A program made the translations under genes and the position numbers. The notes below the pieces were generated by a model that was given only the letters and a program-made list of their open reading frames with translations, had not been told where the DNA came from and made no database searches. From contig JAZQZS010000005.1 in NCBI GenBank assembly GCA_045634145.1, positions 32,492 through 96,491 on the forward strand: 64,000 nt of DNA, read 5' to 3'. Of the stretch, positions 8,244 to 16,835 are shown piece after piece (position 1 is the stretch's first letter; the number at the start of each line of letters is the position of its first letter). Source of the DNA: Tidjanibacter sp. Its GTDB lineage: Bacteria; Bacteroidota; Bacteroidia; Bacteroidales; Rikenellaceae.

Positions 8244-9692
8244 ATGATTGCAAGCCTCAAACCCTCGCTCGTGTGGACCATTTTCGACGAGATTACTCGC
8301 GTGCCACGCCCCTCGAAACACGAGGAAAAAATCACTGCTTACCTAATCGATTTTGCACAAAAACACAACCTCGAATACAAGGTCGATGAGGCCTCCAACG
8401 TGGTGATTCGCAAGCCCGCAACCGCAGGCTACGAGAGTCACGAAACCGTTGTGCTCCAAGCACATACCGATATGGTGTGCGAGAAGAACTCCGACGTGGA
8501 GCACGACTTTATGAACGACCCCATTCAGACCTACATCGACGGCGAGTGGGTTAAGGCCAAGGGTACAACTCTCGGTGCCGACTGCGGTATCGGTATGGCT
8601 GCTGCGCTGGCTGTTTTGGTGGACGACTCGCTCTGCCACCCTGCCATCGAGGCGCTCTTTACCGTGGACGAGGAAACGGGCCTGACGGGTGCTTTTAACC
8701 TCGCTCCCGATATGCTTACGGGTAAATATCTGCTCAACCTCGACTCCGAGGATGAGGGCGAGCTCTTTATCGGTTGCGCGGGCGGTATCGACACCATCGC
8801 CACCTTTAATTATAAAGAGATGTCTGCTCCTGCCGACCACCGTTGGCTGGCAATCGAGGTGGGTGGTCTGAAAGGCGGACACTCGGGCGACAACATCAAC
8901 GACGGCCTGGGTAATTCCAACAAGATTTTGGCGCGACTGCTGCTCGAAGCTACCGAGCGTTGGGGTGCCCGCATTGCTCTGCTCGAAGGCGGCAACCTGC
9001 GCAACGCCATTCCTCGCGAGGCAAAAGCCATTGTGGGTCTGCCCGATGGCGAGCTCTTTATGGAGTTTGTGGAGCGCTACATCGCCTTTGCCGACGAGAT
9101 TTCGGCCGAGTTACAGTACTCCGACAGCGGCTTCTGGATGAGGGCCGAGGAGTGTGCTCCCGCCGAGAAAGTTATTGACGCTCAGACACAATACAACCTG
9201 CTCCGCGCCCTTGTGGGTGTGCCCAACGGTGTGCTGGCAATGAGCCACGCAATGCCCGGATTGGTGGAAACCTCGACCAACCTCGCATCGGTTAAGTTTG
9301 CCGAGGGTTGTCAGATTAAGGTTGTTTCGTCGCAGCGCTCCTCGGTGGAGAGTGCCAAGCTCTATGCTGCCCGCACCGTGGATACCGTATTTGCGCTTGC
9401 GGGTGCCGAGGTGTGGCACGGCGACGGCTACCCCGGCTGGGCTCCCAACCCCAACAGTCACCTGCTCGAAGTGGCCGTGGAGTGTTACAAAGAGCTCTTC
9501 GGCAAGGAGCCCGTGGTGAGGGCCATTCACGCAGGCTTGGAGTGTGGTCTGTTCCTCGAAAAATATCCCCACTTGGAGATGATTTCGTTTGGTCCCACTC
9601 TGCGTGGCGTTCACTCGCCCGACGAACGCTTGGAGATTGCTACCGTGGACAAATTCTGGCAACACCTCACCGCCACCCTCGCACGCTTGTAG
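8244..9692 (+). CDS. pepD: aminoacyl-histidine dipeptidase (M20 family, PepD-like)
   Basis: 482 aa; N-terminus ..PRPSKHEEKI.., HTDMV motif, overall PepD/cytosol non-specific dipeptidase pattern. Confidence 0.88.
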   Translation: MIASLKPSLVWTIFDEITRVPRPSKHEEKITAYLIDFAQKHNLEYKVDEASNVVIRKPATAGYESHETVVLQAHTDMVCEKNSDVEHDFMNDPIQTYIDGEWVKAKGTTLGADCGIGMAAALAVLVDDSLCHPAIEALFTVDEETGLTGAFNLAPDMLTGKYLLNLDSEDEGELFIGCAGGIDTIATFNYKEMSAPADHRWLAIEVGGLKGGHSGDNINDGLGNSNKILARLLLEATERWGARIALLEGGNLRNAIPREAKAIVGLPDGELFMEFVERYIAFADEISAELQYSDSGFWMRAEECAPAEKVIDAQTQYNLLRALVGVPNGVLAMSHAMPGLVETSTNLASVKFAEGCQIKVVSSQRSSVESAKLYAARTVDTVFALAGAEVWHGDGYPGWAPNPNSHLLEVAVECYKELFGKEPVVRAIHAGLECGLFLEKYPHLEMISFGPTLRGVHSPDERLEIATVDKFWQHLTATLARL

Positions 9693-9720
9693 GGCTGCTT
9701 TGGGCTTCGCCGCTGGAACT

Positions 9721-9765
9721 GCCACCTTTTTGTAAAAAGGCGGCCCCAAAAACTTTTAGTGTAGC
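9721..9765 (-). repeat. partial copy (B) of the dispersed structured element: hairpin-2 core only
   Basis: Reverse complement reads CTAAAAGTTTTTGGGGCCGCCTTTTTACAAAAAGGTGGC. Same AAAAGTTTTTGG and CTTTTTACAAAAAG core as the full copies, with compensatory changes in the GC clamp. Confidence 0.6.
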
Positions 9766-9822
9766 CCTTGCGGTGTCTTGTGGCTGGCTGAGGTCTGCCT
9801 ATCGGCAGCTGACATAAAAATA

Positions 9823-9876
9823 ATAGGGAGAGCCCTCCTGCAAGTAACTTGCGTCGGGCCCTCCCTATCATTTTTC
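9823..9876 (+). terminator. intrinsic terminator candidate downstream of pepD
   Basis: ATAGGGAGAGCCC ... GGGCCCTCCCTAT: 13-bp stem with 1 mismatch, inner GCAAGT/ACTTGC pairing, followed by CATTTTTCT. Confidence 0.55.
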
Positions 9877-9930
9877 TGCTATCCCCCCTACGGGCGATAG
9901 CCCTCATCCATCCACCAGCCTCCGAAAAAG

Positions 9931-9951
9931 GTCTAACGTCTAACGACAATA
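9931..9951. repeat. tandem heptamer array GTCTAAC type, ~3 units
   Basis: gtctaac gtctaac gacaata. Confidence 0.65.
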
Positions 9952-9956
9952 GTAGA

Positions 9957-10023
9957 TTATAGGAGCAATAAGTATCCTATAACTCCTATATCTCCTATTA
10001 TAATTATTAAGGAGTTTAGGGAT
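9957..10023. repeat. 9-mer-type repeat block with units in both orientations
   Basis: ttataggag (9957-9965); then tcctataac tcctatatc tcctattat (9975-10001, the inverse orientation); then ..taaggag tttagggat. Confidence 0.6.
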
Positions 10024-10032
10024 TCCTAACTT

Positions 10033-10060
10033 TCAACTTTCAATTTTCAATTTTCAATTT
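10033..10060 (-). repeat. tandem heptamer array, 4 units (TCAAYTT)
   Basis: tcaactt tcaattt tcaattt tcaattt, followed by T8. Lies downstream (minus sense) of the sigma-unit terminator. Confidence 0.85.
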
Positions 10061-10079
10061 CTTTTTTTTGCTGAGCAGC

Positions 10080-10110
10080 AAAAAAAGAGGGATGCTTCAC
10101 AGCGTCCCTC
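10080..10110 (-). terminator. intrinsic terminator of the ECF sigma transcription unit
   Basis: Minus strand reads GAGGGACGC-TGTGAA-GCATCCCTC: 9-bp stem with one G.U pair, followed directly by TTTTTTT. Confidence 0.7.
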
Positions 10111-10133
10111 TTTCAATCAAACTTCTCTAACAC

Positions 10134-10286
10134 CTAATTCACTGTCTTGGACGAAAGTATCTCGCGCAGTAGAGTGTCCAAATAGAGCAACTCGGCGTCG
10201 CCACAGATAACACTCTCATACATAAGCGCTTCGTCTTCGCACGCTGGACAGTTTATCATCTGCTTGTTGTTGTCAAAATCTACCAT
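10134..10286 (-). CDS. small hypothetical protein (50 aa) downstream of the ECF sigma factor
   Basis: Below the ORF-track size cut-off. My translation: MVDFDNNKQMINCPACEDEALMYESVICGDAELLYLDTLLREILSSKTVN. It ends 24 nt before the terminator hairpin and contains CPAC plus a third Cys. Confidence 0.3.
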   Translation of the reverse strand: MVDFDNNKQMINCPACEDEALMYESVICGDAELLYLDTLLREILSSKTVN

Positions 10287-10378
10287 AGGCTGTGTGGTTT
10301 TGTGGTTAGCGGGGCTGCAACCTTTGCAACCCTCTCGCTATACAAACGGCCTATGGTGCGGGTTTATTGCACAAAATT

Positions 10379-10969
10379 CTATTCGAGCGACAAATTATTC
10401 TCCTTGATCATCTTGCGCAGGTTTATTAGGGCGTAGCGCATACGGCCCAAGGCGGTGTTGATACTCACCTCGGTCTGGTCGGCTATCTCCTTGAAACTCA
10501 GATTGCCATAGTAGCGCATCTTGATCACCTCGCGCTGTTCGTTGGGGAGCTGTTCGATGAGCTTGCGGAGGTCGGACTCGATTTGCTCGCCCACCATTCG
10601 CTGCTCGATAGACTCCTCGCTCAGGCGTTGGGTGCCGATGATGTCGTAGCCCGCCTCGCTCTCGGTGACGGTGGGGTTGTGTTTCTGTGAGCGGAAGTGG
10701 TCGATAACCTGGTTGTGGGCAATACGCATAACCCACGACACAAAGCGCCCCGAGTCGGTGTAGCGACCCTGGTCGATTACCCTCACGGCCTTGATGAAAG
10801 TCTCCTGAAAAATGTCGTCGGCCAACTCGGCATCTTTGACCATCATATAGACATAGTCATAGACGCGCTTCGAGTGGCGCGAAATAAGGGTGGATATTGC
10901 TTCGGGATTGCCTGCACGATAAGCTTCGAGCAACTCGCGGTCGCTCAGGCTTACTTGATTCTTAATCAT
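10379..10969 (-). CDS. RNA polymerase sigma-70 family, ECF-type sigma factor
   Basis: 196 aa; region 2 (..FQETFIKAVR..) and region 4 HTH (..LSFKEIADQTEVSINTALGRMRYA..). Confidence 0.88.
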   Translation of the reverse strand: MIKNQVSLSDRELLEAYRAGNPEAISTLISRHSKRVYDYVYMMVKDAELADDIFQETFIKAVRVIDQGRYTDSGRFVSWVMRIAHNQVIDHFRSQKHNPTVTESEAGYDIIGTQRLSEESIEQRMVGEQIESDLRKLIEQLPNEQREVIKMRYYGNLSFKEIADQTEVSINTALGRMRYALINLRKMIKENNLSLE

Positions 10970-11198
10970 ACTCTATTTACTTTAAATTGTTGAATTAGAG
11001 TAGATTTGTGTCGATAGGCAAAAGAGTGTTTAGTTATACTTGATGTTCAAAACTGTGCGCAAGATAGGACTTTTTTCCCTAATATCCAAATCAAACACGA
11101 GTTTTTTTACGTTCAGCAAGCCCTACCTTGGGCGCGCACAGTCACCCACAAGGAGTGCAACTTCTGTGCCAAAGGCGGTTGTGTCGCAAGGGGAGTTC

Positions 11199-11723
11199 TT
11201 AGGCGTAGAGCGCAATGCCCGCAACGGCCGAAAGAACAATCAGTAGTATTGGATTGACCCTCTTGACCGAGGCTACAAAGCAGCCCGCAAAGATGGCCCA
11301 ACTCTTCCAATCTATAAAGGTCGTGGGCCCGAAGAGCATCAGTGCCGACGAGAGAATAAGGCCTATCATCATAGGTTTCATACCCTCCATAGCCCCCGCA
11401 AAGTGGCGGTTGTGGTGCAGTTTGAGGTAGAAGCGGGTGGCAAGCATCATCAGCGTCAGCGAGGGTAGGCACACGGCCACGGTGGCAAGCATCGAGCCCC
11501 ACACCGAGCCTGTGACGGAGTAGCCCACATAAGTGGCGCAGTTGATGGCAATGGGTCCGGGGGTCATCTGCGAAATGGCGGCAATGTCGGCCAGCTCGGT
11601 GGCTGTGAGCCACGAGTTCTGCACGACCACCTCGTTGTAGATGAGCGAAATCATCGCATAACCTCCGCCAAAGCCGAAGAAGCCGATTTTCAGATAAGAG
11701 AGAAATAGTTGCAGGTATATCAT
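11199..11723 (-). CDS. chromate transporter family protein (short-chain ChrA half)
   Basis: 174 aa, multi-TM, FGFGGGYAMISL motif. Overlaps its partner by 4 nt. Confidence 0.8.
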   Translation of the reverse strand: MIYLQLFLSYLKIGFFGFGGGYAMISLIYNEVVVQNSWLTATELADIAAISQMTPGPIAINCATYVGYSVTGSVWGSMLATVAVCLPSLTLMMLATRFYLKLHHNRHFAGAMEGMKPMMIGLILSSALMLFGPTTFIDWKSWAIFAGCFVASVKRVNPILLIVLSAVAGIALYA

Positions 11724-12301
11724 CGCTCACTCTCCTCCTCTCCTTTGGTGGGCTCATTGGTGCGCTCCCTTGCCCCCTCGGGGCGGAACGACCAGCCAAT
11801 GCCCACAAGTGCACCTATAAATATAAATAGTATGGGCGAAAGGCCCAGCCACCAAATCACGGCGGCAACAACTATCGCTACGGCAATCTTCCACCAACTC
11901 ATCCCCCTGGCCATACCGATGAGCGGAGCGGCAATCAGGGCCACCACCGCAGGGCGCATACCTTTGAAGGCTGCGGCAACGATGTGGTTGTCCTTGAAGT
12001 CGGTAAAGCAGGTGGCTATCAGCAGTATAATCACAAACGAAGGGATTACCACACCCACAAGGGCGGCCAAGGCTCCCTTGACGCCTCGGGTCTTGTAGCC
12101 CACAAACACGGCGGTGTTGAGTGCAATGGGCCCGGGGATGCTCTGGGCTATGGTGAGTTGGTTGATGAACTCCTCGCGGCTGAGCCATCCGCGCTTTTGT
12201 ATCATCTCGGCCTCGATGAGGGGTATCATCGCATAGCCCCCGCCAAAGGTGAAGGCTCCGATTTTCAGAAAAGACCAAAATATATCCCTCAAAGGTGTCA
12301 T
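11720..12301 (-). CDS. chromate transporter family protein (short-chain ChrA half)
   Basis: 193 aa, multi-TM, FTFGGGYAMIPL motif. Paired with the 11199-11723 gene. Confidence 0.8.
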   Translation of the reverse strand: MTPLRDIFWSFLKIGAFTFGGGYAMIPLIEAEMIQKRGWLSREEFINQLTIAQSIPGPIALNTAVFVGYKTRGVKGALAALVGVVIPSFVIILLIATCFTDFKDNHIVAAAFKGMRPAVVALIAAPLIGMARGMSWWKIAVAIVVAAVIWWLGLSPILFIFIGALVGIGWSFRPEGARERTNEPTKGEEESER

Positions 12302-12322
12302 CTCGGATGTGTGGAGTGGGGT

Positions 12323-13030
12323 TTAGAGGTTGTTCACAAAGGCGGTAAACATAGTGGCAGCCAGGGCGGCAGTCTCGGTACGAAGGCGACACTCGCCAAG
12401 GCTCACCTCGCGGAAGCCGTTCTGTCGGGCCAAGGCTATCTCCTCGGGCGAGAAGTCACCCTCGGGGCCTATGAGTATCAACACCTTATCGCCCTTTTTC
12501 AGAAGCTCGCCCATAAAGATGCGCTCGGCATCCTCCTCGCAGTGGGCAATCAGCTTGGTGCCCTCGAAGGGGGCCTCCAAAACCTTGCGGATGGGGGTCA
12601 GGGGAGCAATCTCGGGCAGGTATGCTTTGAGCGACTGTTTCATTGCGCTGGCGGCAATCTTTTCGAGCCTTTCGAGCTTGACGATACGCCTCTCGGAGTG
12701 GGCGCACTCGATGGGAATGATGCGGTCGATACCGCACTCGGTGGCCTTCTCCACAAACCACTCTATGCGGTCGATGTTCTTGGTGGGGGCCACGGCCACG
12801 GTCAGTTCATAGGGGCGCTTCTCCCACTCGGGGTGCTCGGCAGTGATGCGTATGGTGCAACGCTTGGGGTGGGGCTCCACCACTTCGGCATCGTAGAGTG
12901 TTCCTCGTCCGTCGGTGATGTTCAGACGGTCGCCCTCGCTCAGGCGCAACACGCGCACGCAGTGACCACTCTCGACCTCGTCGAGGGTGTAGAGCGGGGT
13001 GGTTATGTCGGGTGCATAGAATAGTAACAT
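12323..13030 (-). CDS. rsmE: 16S rRNA (uracil1498-N3)-methyltransferase
   Basis: RsmE pattern MLLFYAPDI..HCVRVLRL..G..; C-terminal SPOUT fold GPEGDFSPEE. I prefer the ATG at 13030 over the ORF-track start at 13066, which lies inside the upstream terminator. Confidence 0.85.
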   Translation of the reverse strand: MLLFYAPDITTPLYTLDEVESGHCVRVLRLSEGDRLNITDGRGTLYDAEVVEPHPKRCTIRITAEHPEWEKRPYELTVAVAPTKNIDRIEWFVEKATECGIDRIIPIECAHSERRIVKLERLEKIAASAMKQSLKAYLPEIAPLTPIRKVLEAPFEGTKLIAHCEEDAERIFMGELLKKGDKVLILIGPEGDFSPEEIALARQNGFREVSLGECRLRTETAALAATMFTAFVNNL

Positions 13031-13041
13031 ACCGCAAAGAT

Positions 13042-13085
13042 AAAAAACCTCTCTGCATTTGGCCAAATGCAGAGAGGTGTTTTTG
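13042..13085. terminator. bidirectional intrinsic terminator: perfect 30-nt palindrome flanked by an A-run and a T-run
   Basis: AAAAAA-CCTCTCTGCATTTGG|CCAAATGCAGAGAGG-TGTTTTTG (palindrome 13048-13077). Confidence 0.65.
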
Positions 13086-13115
13086 TCGACCGTCGGGCGT
13101 CAACCGTCAACCGAC
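13085..13115. repeat. tandem heptamer array GTCRRCC type, ~4.4 units
   Basis: gtcgacc gtcgggc gtcaacc gtcaacc gac. Confidence 0.7.
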
Positions 13116-13169
13116 TTTAAGGAATTTAGGAAGGTTAGGGAGTTTAGGGAGTTTGAGGAATTTAGGTAA
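13116..13169. repeat. tandem 9-mer array, 6 units (TTTAGGGAG type)
   Basis: tttaaggaa tttaggaag gttagggag tttagggag tttgaggaa tttaggtaa. Confidence 0.9.
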
Positions 13170-13172
13170 TTC

Positions 13173-13186
13173 TCAATTCTCAATTC
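13173..13186 (-). repeat. tandem heptamer array, 2 units (TCAATTC)
   Basis: tcaattc tcaattc. The stop of the 13173-13781 gene is the TGA of the second unit; the protein ends ..YIRIEN. Confidence 0.75.
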
Positions 13187-13781
13187 GGATGTATTCTGCG
13201 TAGGTGAGGCGAGTGTGGGGGTTGGAGGAGCGGATCTCTTGGCGGAGGGCCTTGGTGCCCCAGCGAAATATCCACCAACGGTAGGGCACACGGTGGACCA
13301 CCTGATAGAGCGTGTCGCGAGAGGTGAGGTGCCATTCGAGCGACCCATCCACCAAGGCTGCATCTATCTCCACCCAGCTGTCGCGCCAACCAAAGTGGCG
13401 TGTGGCCTGCGGAGCCAGCGGAGTGTGACCAATGCTGTCGTCGGGTAGTGGAGCGGGGGTGTCGGAGAGGGTGGCCGAGAGCTCCGTAATCGACGCAGCA
13501 ACCGAGAGCGACTCGACTCGTCGGAGCCTCACTCCGAGGGCCTCGATACGTTGGGCGTAGTCGGGGCAGAACTCTCGTAACTCCCCAGGGGTGAGCCTTT
13601 TGCGCCCTGCCGAAAGTTGTTCCTTGCCAAGGGCCGAGCGTTGGCGGTTGAGTTCGTTTGTGAGGGCCTCGATGTTCTCTCCGAGGCGGTCAATCTCGCC
13701 CCTCTGGCGGAGAATAATGGCGGTGCCGAGAGCTACAACCACAGCCACCGCAACGGGAATAAAAAATCTCTTCATACGCAT
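13173..13781 (-). CDS. hypothetical membrane-anchored protein with coiled-coil segment
   Basis: N-terminal TM MRMKRFFIPVAVAVVVALGTAIIL, then a heptad-like helix. A TATCTTTG -7 box lies just upstream. No family recognised. Confidence 0.6.
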   Translation of the reverse strand: MRMKRFFIPVAVAVVVALGTAIILRQRGEIDRLGENIEALTNELNRQRSALGKEQLSAGRKRLTPGELREFCPDYAQRIEALGVRLRRVESLSVAASITELSATLSDTPAPLPDDSIGHTPLAPQATRHFGWRDSWVEIDAALVDGSLEWHLTSRDTLYQVVHRVPYRWWIFRWGTKALRQEIRSSNPHTRLTYAEYIRIEN

Positions 13782-13878
13782 AGGTTTTTTGTACAAAGAT
13801 AACCTCCAAGTGGCCCAAAAAGTTTCTACATTTTGGTGAATAAATGCCCTTTGGGCATACTATGTGCTGGGGGCCGAT

Positions 13879-13909
13879 TTTGAATACACAAAATAAATCA
13901 CTAATTTTG
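13879..13909 (+). promoter_or_regulatory. canonical Bacteroidota promoter for glpAB
   Basis: TTTG (13879-13882), N19, TAATTTTG (13902-13909). About 24 nt before the glpA ATG. Confidence 0.6.
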
Positions 13910-13932
13910 CTTTTTAATAATCTGTTTAGCCG

Positions 13933-15570
13933 ATGAATCTTGCTCGACAATACGACGTAATCATTATAGGCGGAGGTGCCACGGGAGCCGGAACAGCTCG
14001 CGATTGTGCCCTGCGCGGATTGAAGGTGTTGCTGGTCGAGCGCAAAGATTTCGCCACGGGCGCCACGGGCCGTAACCACGGACTTCTGCACAGCGGTGCT
14101 CGCTATGCCGTCACCGATCAAGTATCCGCAGCCGAGTGTGTGGCCGAGAATAAAATCCTGCGACATATTGCCCGCCACTGCGTCGAGCCCACCGACGGCC
14201 TTTTTATCACTCTGCCCGAGGATGACCTGGGCTATCAGTCCACCTTCGTAGAGTCGTGCCTGAGTACTGGTATAGATGCCGAGATAATCTCTCCCGAGGA
14301 GGCCCGACGTATCGAGCCTGCCGTAAATCCCACGTTGATAGGTGCCGTGAGGGTGCCCGATAGTGCGGTAGACCCATTTAGGCTGGTGTCGGCCAACCTG
14401 CTCGACGCCCGACTGCACGGAGCCGAGGTGCTCACCTACCACGAGGTTGTGGGCTTTGTGAGAAACCAAAACCGTATCGAGGGGGTGGAGTTGCTCAACA
14501 CCACAAGTGGCGAGAAGTTCACCGCCTATGCCCAGGTGGTAGTCAATGCTGCGGGCATTTGGGGCCCTCTGGTGGCTGCTAAGGCGGGTGTGGAACTCCG
14601 AATGATGCCCTCGAAGGGCTCACTGCTGGTCTTTGGCCACAGGATTAACAATATGGTCATCAACCGCTGCCGTCGCCCTGCCGATGCAGACATTCTGGTC
14701 CCCGGCGACACTATCTGCCTTATCGGTACCACCTCCGACCGAATACCCTTTGAGGATATCGACAAGAACGAGGTAACGGCTGCCGAGGTGGAGAGGTTGT
14801 TGAACGAGGGCTCTAAACTTGCCCCCGACCTTATGAAGACCCGTATTCTGAGGGTCTACTCGGGCGTTCGCCCGCTGGATGCTCCTGCCGACGACTCTTC
14901 GGGCAGGGGTGCTTCGCGAGGAATCATCTGTATCGACCACGCCGAGAGGGATGGCTTGGAGGGCTTTGTGACCATCACGGGTGGTAAGCTCACCACCTAC
15001 CGACTTATGGCCGAGTGGGCCACCGATTTGGTGTGCCGCAAGCTGGGCCGTGTGGGGCTTTGTACTACTGCCACCACACCACTACCGGGCTCTATCGAGG
15101 AGCCCAAGCCTGCATCCCGCAGGGGACGTAGGGAGTATCTGTCGCTCTCGATGGGCGAGAAGGGTGCTGAGAGCCGCCACGGCGACCAAAAGAAGGATAT
15201 CCACTTCGACGGAGTGGCCAGCACGGCATTGGTATGCGAGTGTTCGCAGGTGTCGGTTGCCGAGGTGAAGTATGCCATCGACAACCTCGATGCTGTCACA
15301 TTGGTAGACCTCAAACGACGTACCCGAATGGGTATGGGTACTTGTCAGGGCCACCTGTGTGCTCTGAGGGCTGCGGGGCTCTTGGGCCGTAGGATTGGAG
15401 GCGACAACGCCTTGAAGGATGTGGCCTCGTTTATCGACGAGCGTTGGCGTGGTGTTCGCCCTGTGGCTTGGGGCGAGGGAGTTGTCGAGGCTCAGTTTAC
15501 CCAATGGATGTACGAGGGCGTGTGTGGTCTGGGCTCTATTGTTGAACGTAAAGCAGAGGATAAGATATGA
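13933..15570 (+). CDS. glpA: anaerobic glycerol-3-phosphate dehydrogenase subunit A
   Basis: 545 aa; FAD fold DVIIIGGGATGAG; C-terminal BFD-like 2Fe-2S region (CECSQVS...GTCQGHLC). Confidence 0.92.
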   Translation: MNLARQYDVIIIGGGATGAGTARDCALRGLKVLLVERKDFATGATGRNHGLLHSGARYAVTDQVSAAECVAENKILRHIARHCVEPTDGLFITLPEDDLGYQSTFVESCLSTGIDAEIISPEEARRIEPAVNPTLIGAVRVPDSAVDPFRLVSANLLDARLHGAEVLTYHEVVGFVRNQNRIEGVELLNTTSGEKFTAYAQVVVNAAGIWGPLVAAKAGVELRMMPSKGSLLVFGHRINNMVINRCRRPADADILVPGDTICLIGTTSDRIPFEDIDKNEVTAAEVERLLNEGSKLAPDLMKTRILRVYSGVRPLDAPADDSSGRGASRGIICIDHAERDGLEGFVTITGGKLTTYRLMAEWATDLVCRKLGRVGLCTTATTPLPGSIEEPKPASRRGRREYLSLSMGEKGAESRHGDQKKDIHFDGVASTALVCECSQVSVAEVKYAIDNLDAVTLVDLKRRTRMGMGTCQGHLCALRAAGLLGRRIGGDNALKDVASFIDERWRGVRPVAWGEGVVEAQFTQWMYEGVCGLGSIVERKAEDKI

Positions 15571-16805
15571 GATTTGACACCATAATTATGGGTGGAGGGT
15601 TGAGTGGCCTGATTGGGGGTATCGCCCTGAGCCTCAGGGGAGAGCGAGTGGCTATCTTCTCGTCGGGCAAGAGTGCTCTGCATTACTCGTCGGGCTCGCT
15701 CGAACTGTGGAACAAGGGTAGCGAGGAGCTGGCGGCTATGGCCGAGGCTAATCCCAACCACCCCTATGCCAAGGTTGTGGCGGGGTCGGTGGGCGACTAT
15801 GCCGAACAGGTGAGAGATATTTTCGCACGTTCGGGCATTGCTCTGTGTGGCGACGGGTGCGCCAATCACCTGCGTATCACTTCGCTCGGAGCGCTCAAAC
15901 CTGCGTGGCTCACAATGGCCGAGTATGCCACCTTCGATAGCATTGAGGAACTGAAAGGCTGCCGCATTGCGGTCGGAACAATCGAGGGTTATCTGGACTT
16001 CTACCCCGAATTTGTGGCCTCCTCTCTCGGGGAATATGGTGCCGAGTGTAGCACCTTCGAGGTGAGCGTGCTCGATATCGAGGGATTCCGAAAGAGTGCC
16101 ACCGAGCTCAGAACGGTAAACATCTCGCGACTATTGTCGGGCGACAGACTTGTGGCCTTTGCGTCCAAGGTGCGAGGAGCCATTGGCGAAGATGTGGATT
16201 TGGTGCTGCTGCCTGCGGTGTTTGGCTTCAACGAGCCCGATGCCTACAAGGTGCTCAGCCGAGAGATAGGGTGCAAGGTTAGGTTTGTGCCCACGGTGTC
16301 GGTGTCGGTGCCCGGTATGAGGGCCCAGCGACTACTCACCAACGAGTTTACAAGGCTCGGAGGTACATTTATTGGCGACGACAAGGTTGTTGCGGCCCGA
16401 ATTGCTGCGGGCAAGGTGCGCTCGGTGCGCTCGGCCAACCACGGCGACCAAGAGTTCGGAGCCTACAACTATATCTTTGCTACGGGTAGCTTTTGGGGTA
16501 GGGGCTTGGTTGCCACCCACCAGAGGGTCTACGAGCCCGTGGCCAACCTCGATGTGGTATTTGAGGCCGACAGGGAGAATTGGTCGGCACCCCACATACT
16601 TGCTCCCCAACCTTTCCAACGCTTTGGCGTGGCTACCGACGGAGCACTCCACCCGACCATTGGTGGCAGGGTGGTGGAGAACGCTTGGGCCGTAGGTGCA
16701 CTCTTGGCGGGTGCCGATTCGGTCAGCGAAGGCTCTGGCGGAGGTGTGGCAGTGCTGACTGCACTTGCGGTGGCCGACCAGATTGGCAACAAGGAGCAAA
16801 AGTAG
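15567..16805 (+). CDS. glpB: anaerobic glycerol-3-phosphate dehydrogenase subunit B
   Basis: 412 aa; FDTIIMGGGLSGL dinucleotide fold; ATGA overlap with glpA. Confidence 0.88.
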   Translation: MRFDTIIMGGGLSGLIGGIALSLRGERVAIFSSGKSALHYSSGSLELWNKGSEELAAMAEANPNHPYAKVVAGSVGDYAEQVRDIFARSGIALCGDGCANHLRITSLGALKPAWLTMAEYATFDSIEELKGCRIAVGTIEGYLDFYPEFVASSLGEYGAECSTFEVSVLDIEGFRKSATELRTVNISRLLSGDRLVAFASKVRGAIGEDVDLVLLPAVFGFNEPDAYKVLSREIGCKVRFVPTVSVSVPGMRAQRLLTNEFTRLGGTFIGDDKVVAARIAAGKVRSVRSANHGDQEFGAYNYIFATGSFWGRGLVATHQRVYEPVANLDVVFEADRENWSAPHILAPQPFQRFGVATDGALHPTIGGRVVENAWAVGALLAGADSVSEGSGGGVAVLTALAVADQIGNKEQK

Positions 16806-16835
16806 AATCTAACAAATAACTCAAAAAAAAATAAG

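Noticed and set aside
11113-12392. ORFs 11113-11814 and 11754-12392 (233 and 212 aa), same strand as the chromate-transporter pair but in other frames.
   Set aside because: They are Arg/His/Cys-rich with no motifs. The frames chosen for 11199-11723 and 11720-12301 give hydrophobic multi-TM proteins with the FGGGYAMI motif.
13116-13169. Possible CRISPR array, given the regularly spaced short repeats here and at 2141-2238, 6378-6474 and 9931-10060.
   Set aside because: Units are 7 or 9 nt and directly tandem, with no spacers. There are no cas genes. These are microsatellite-like arrays, not CRISPR.
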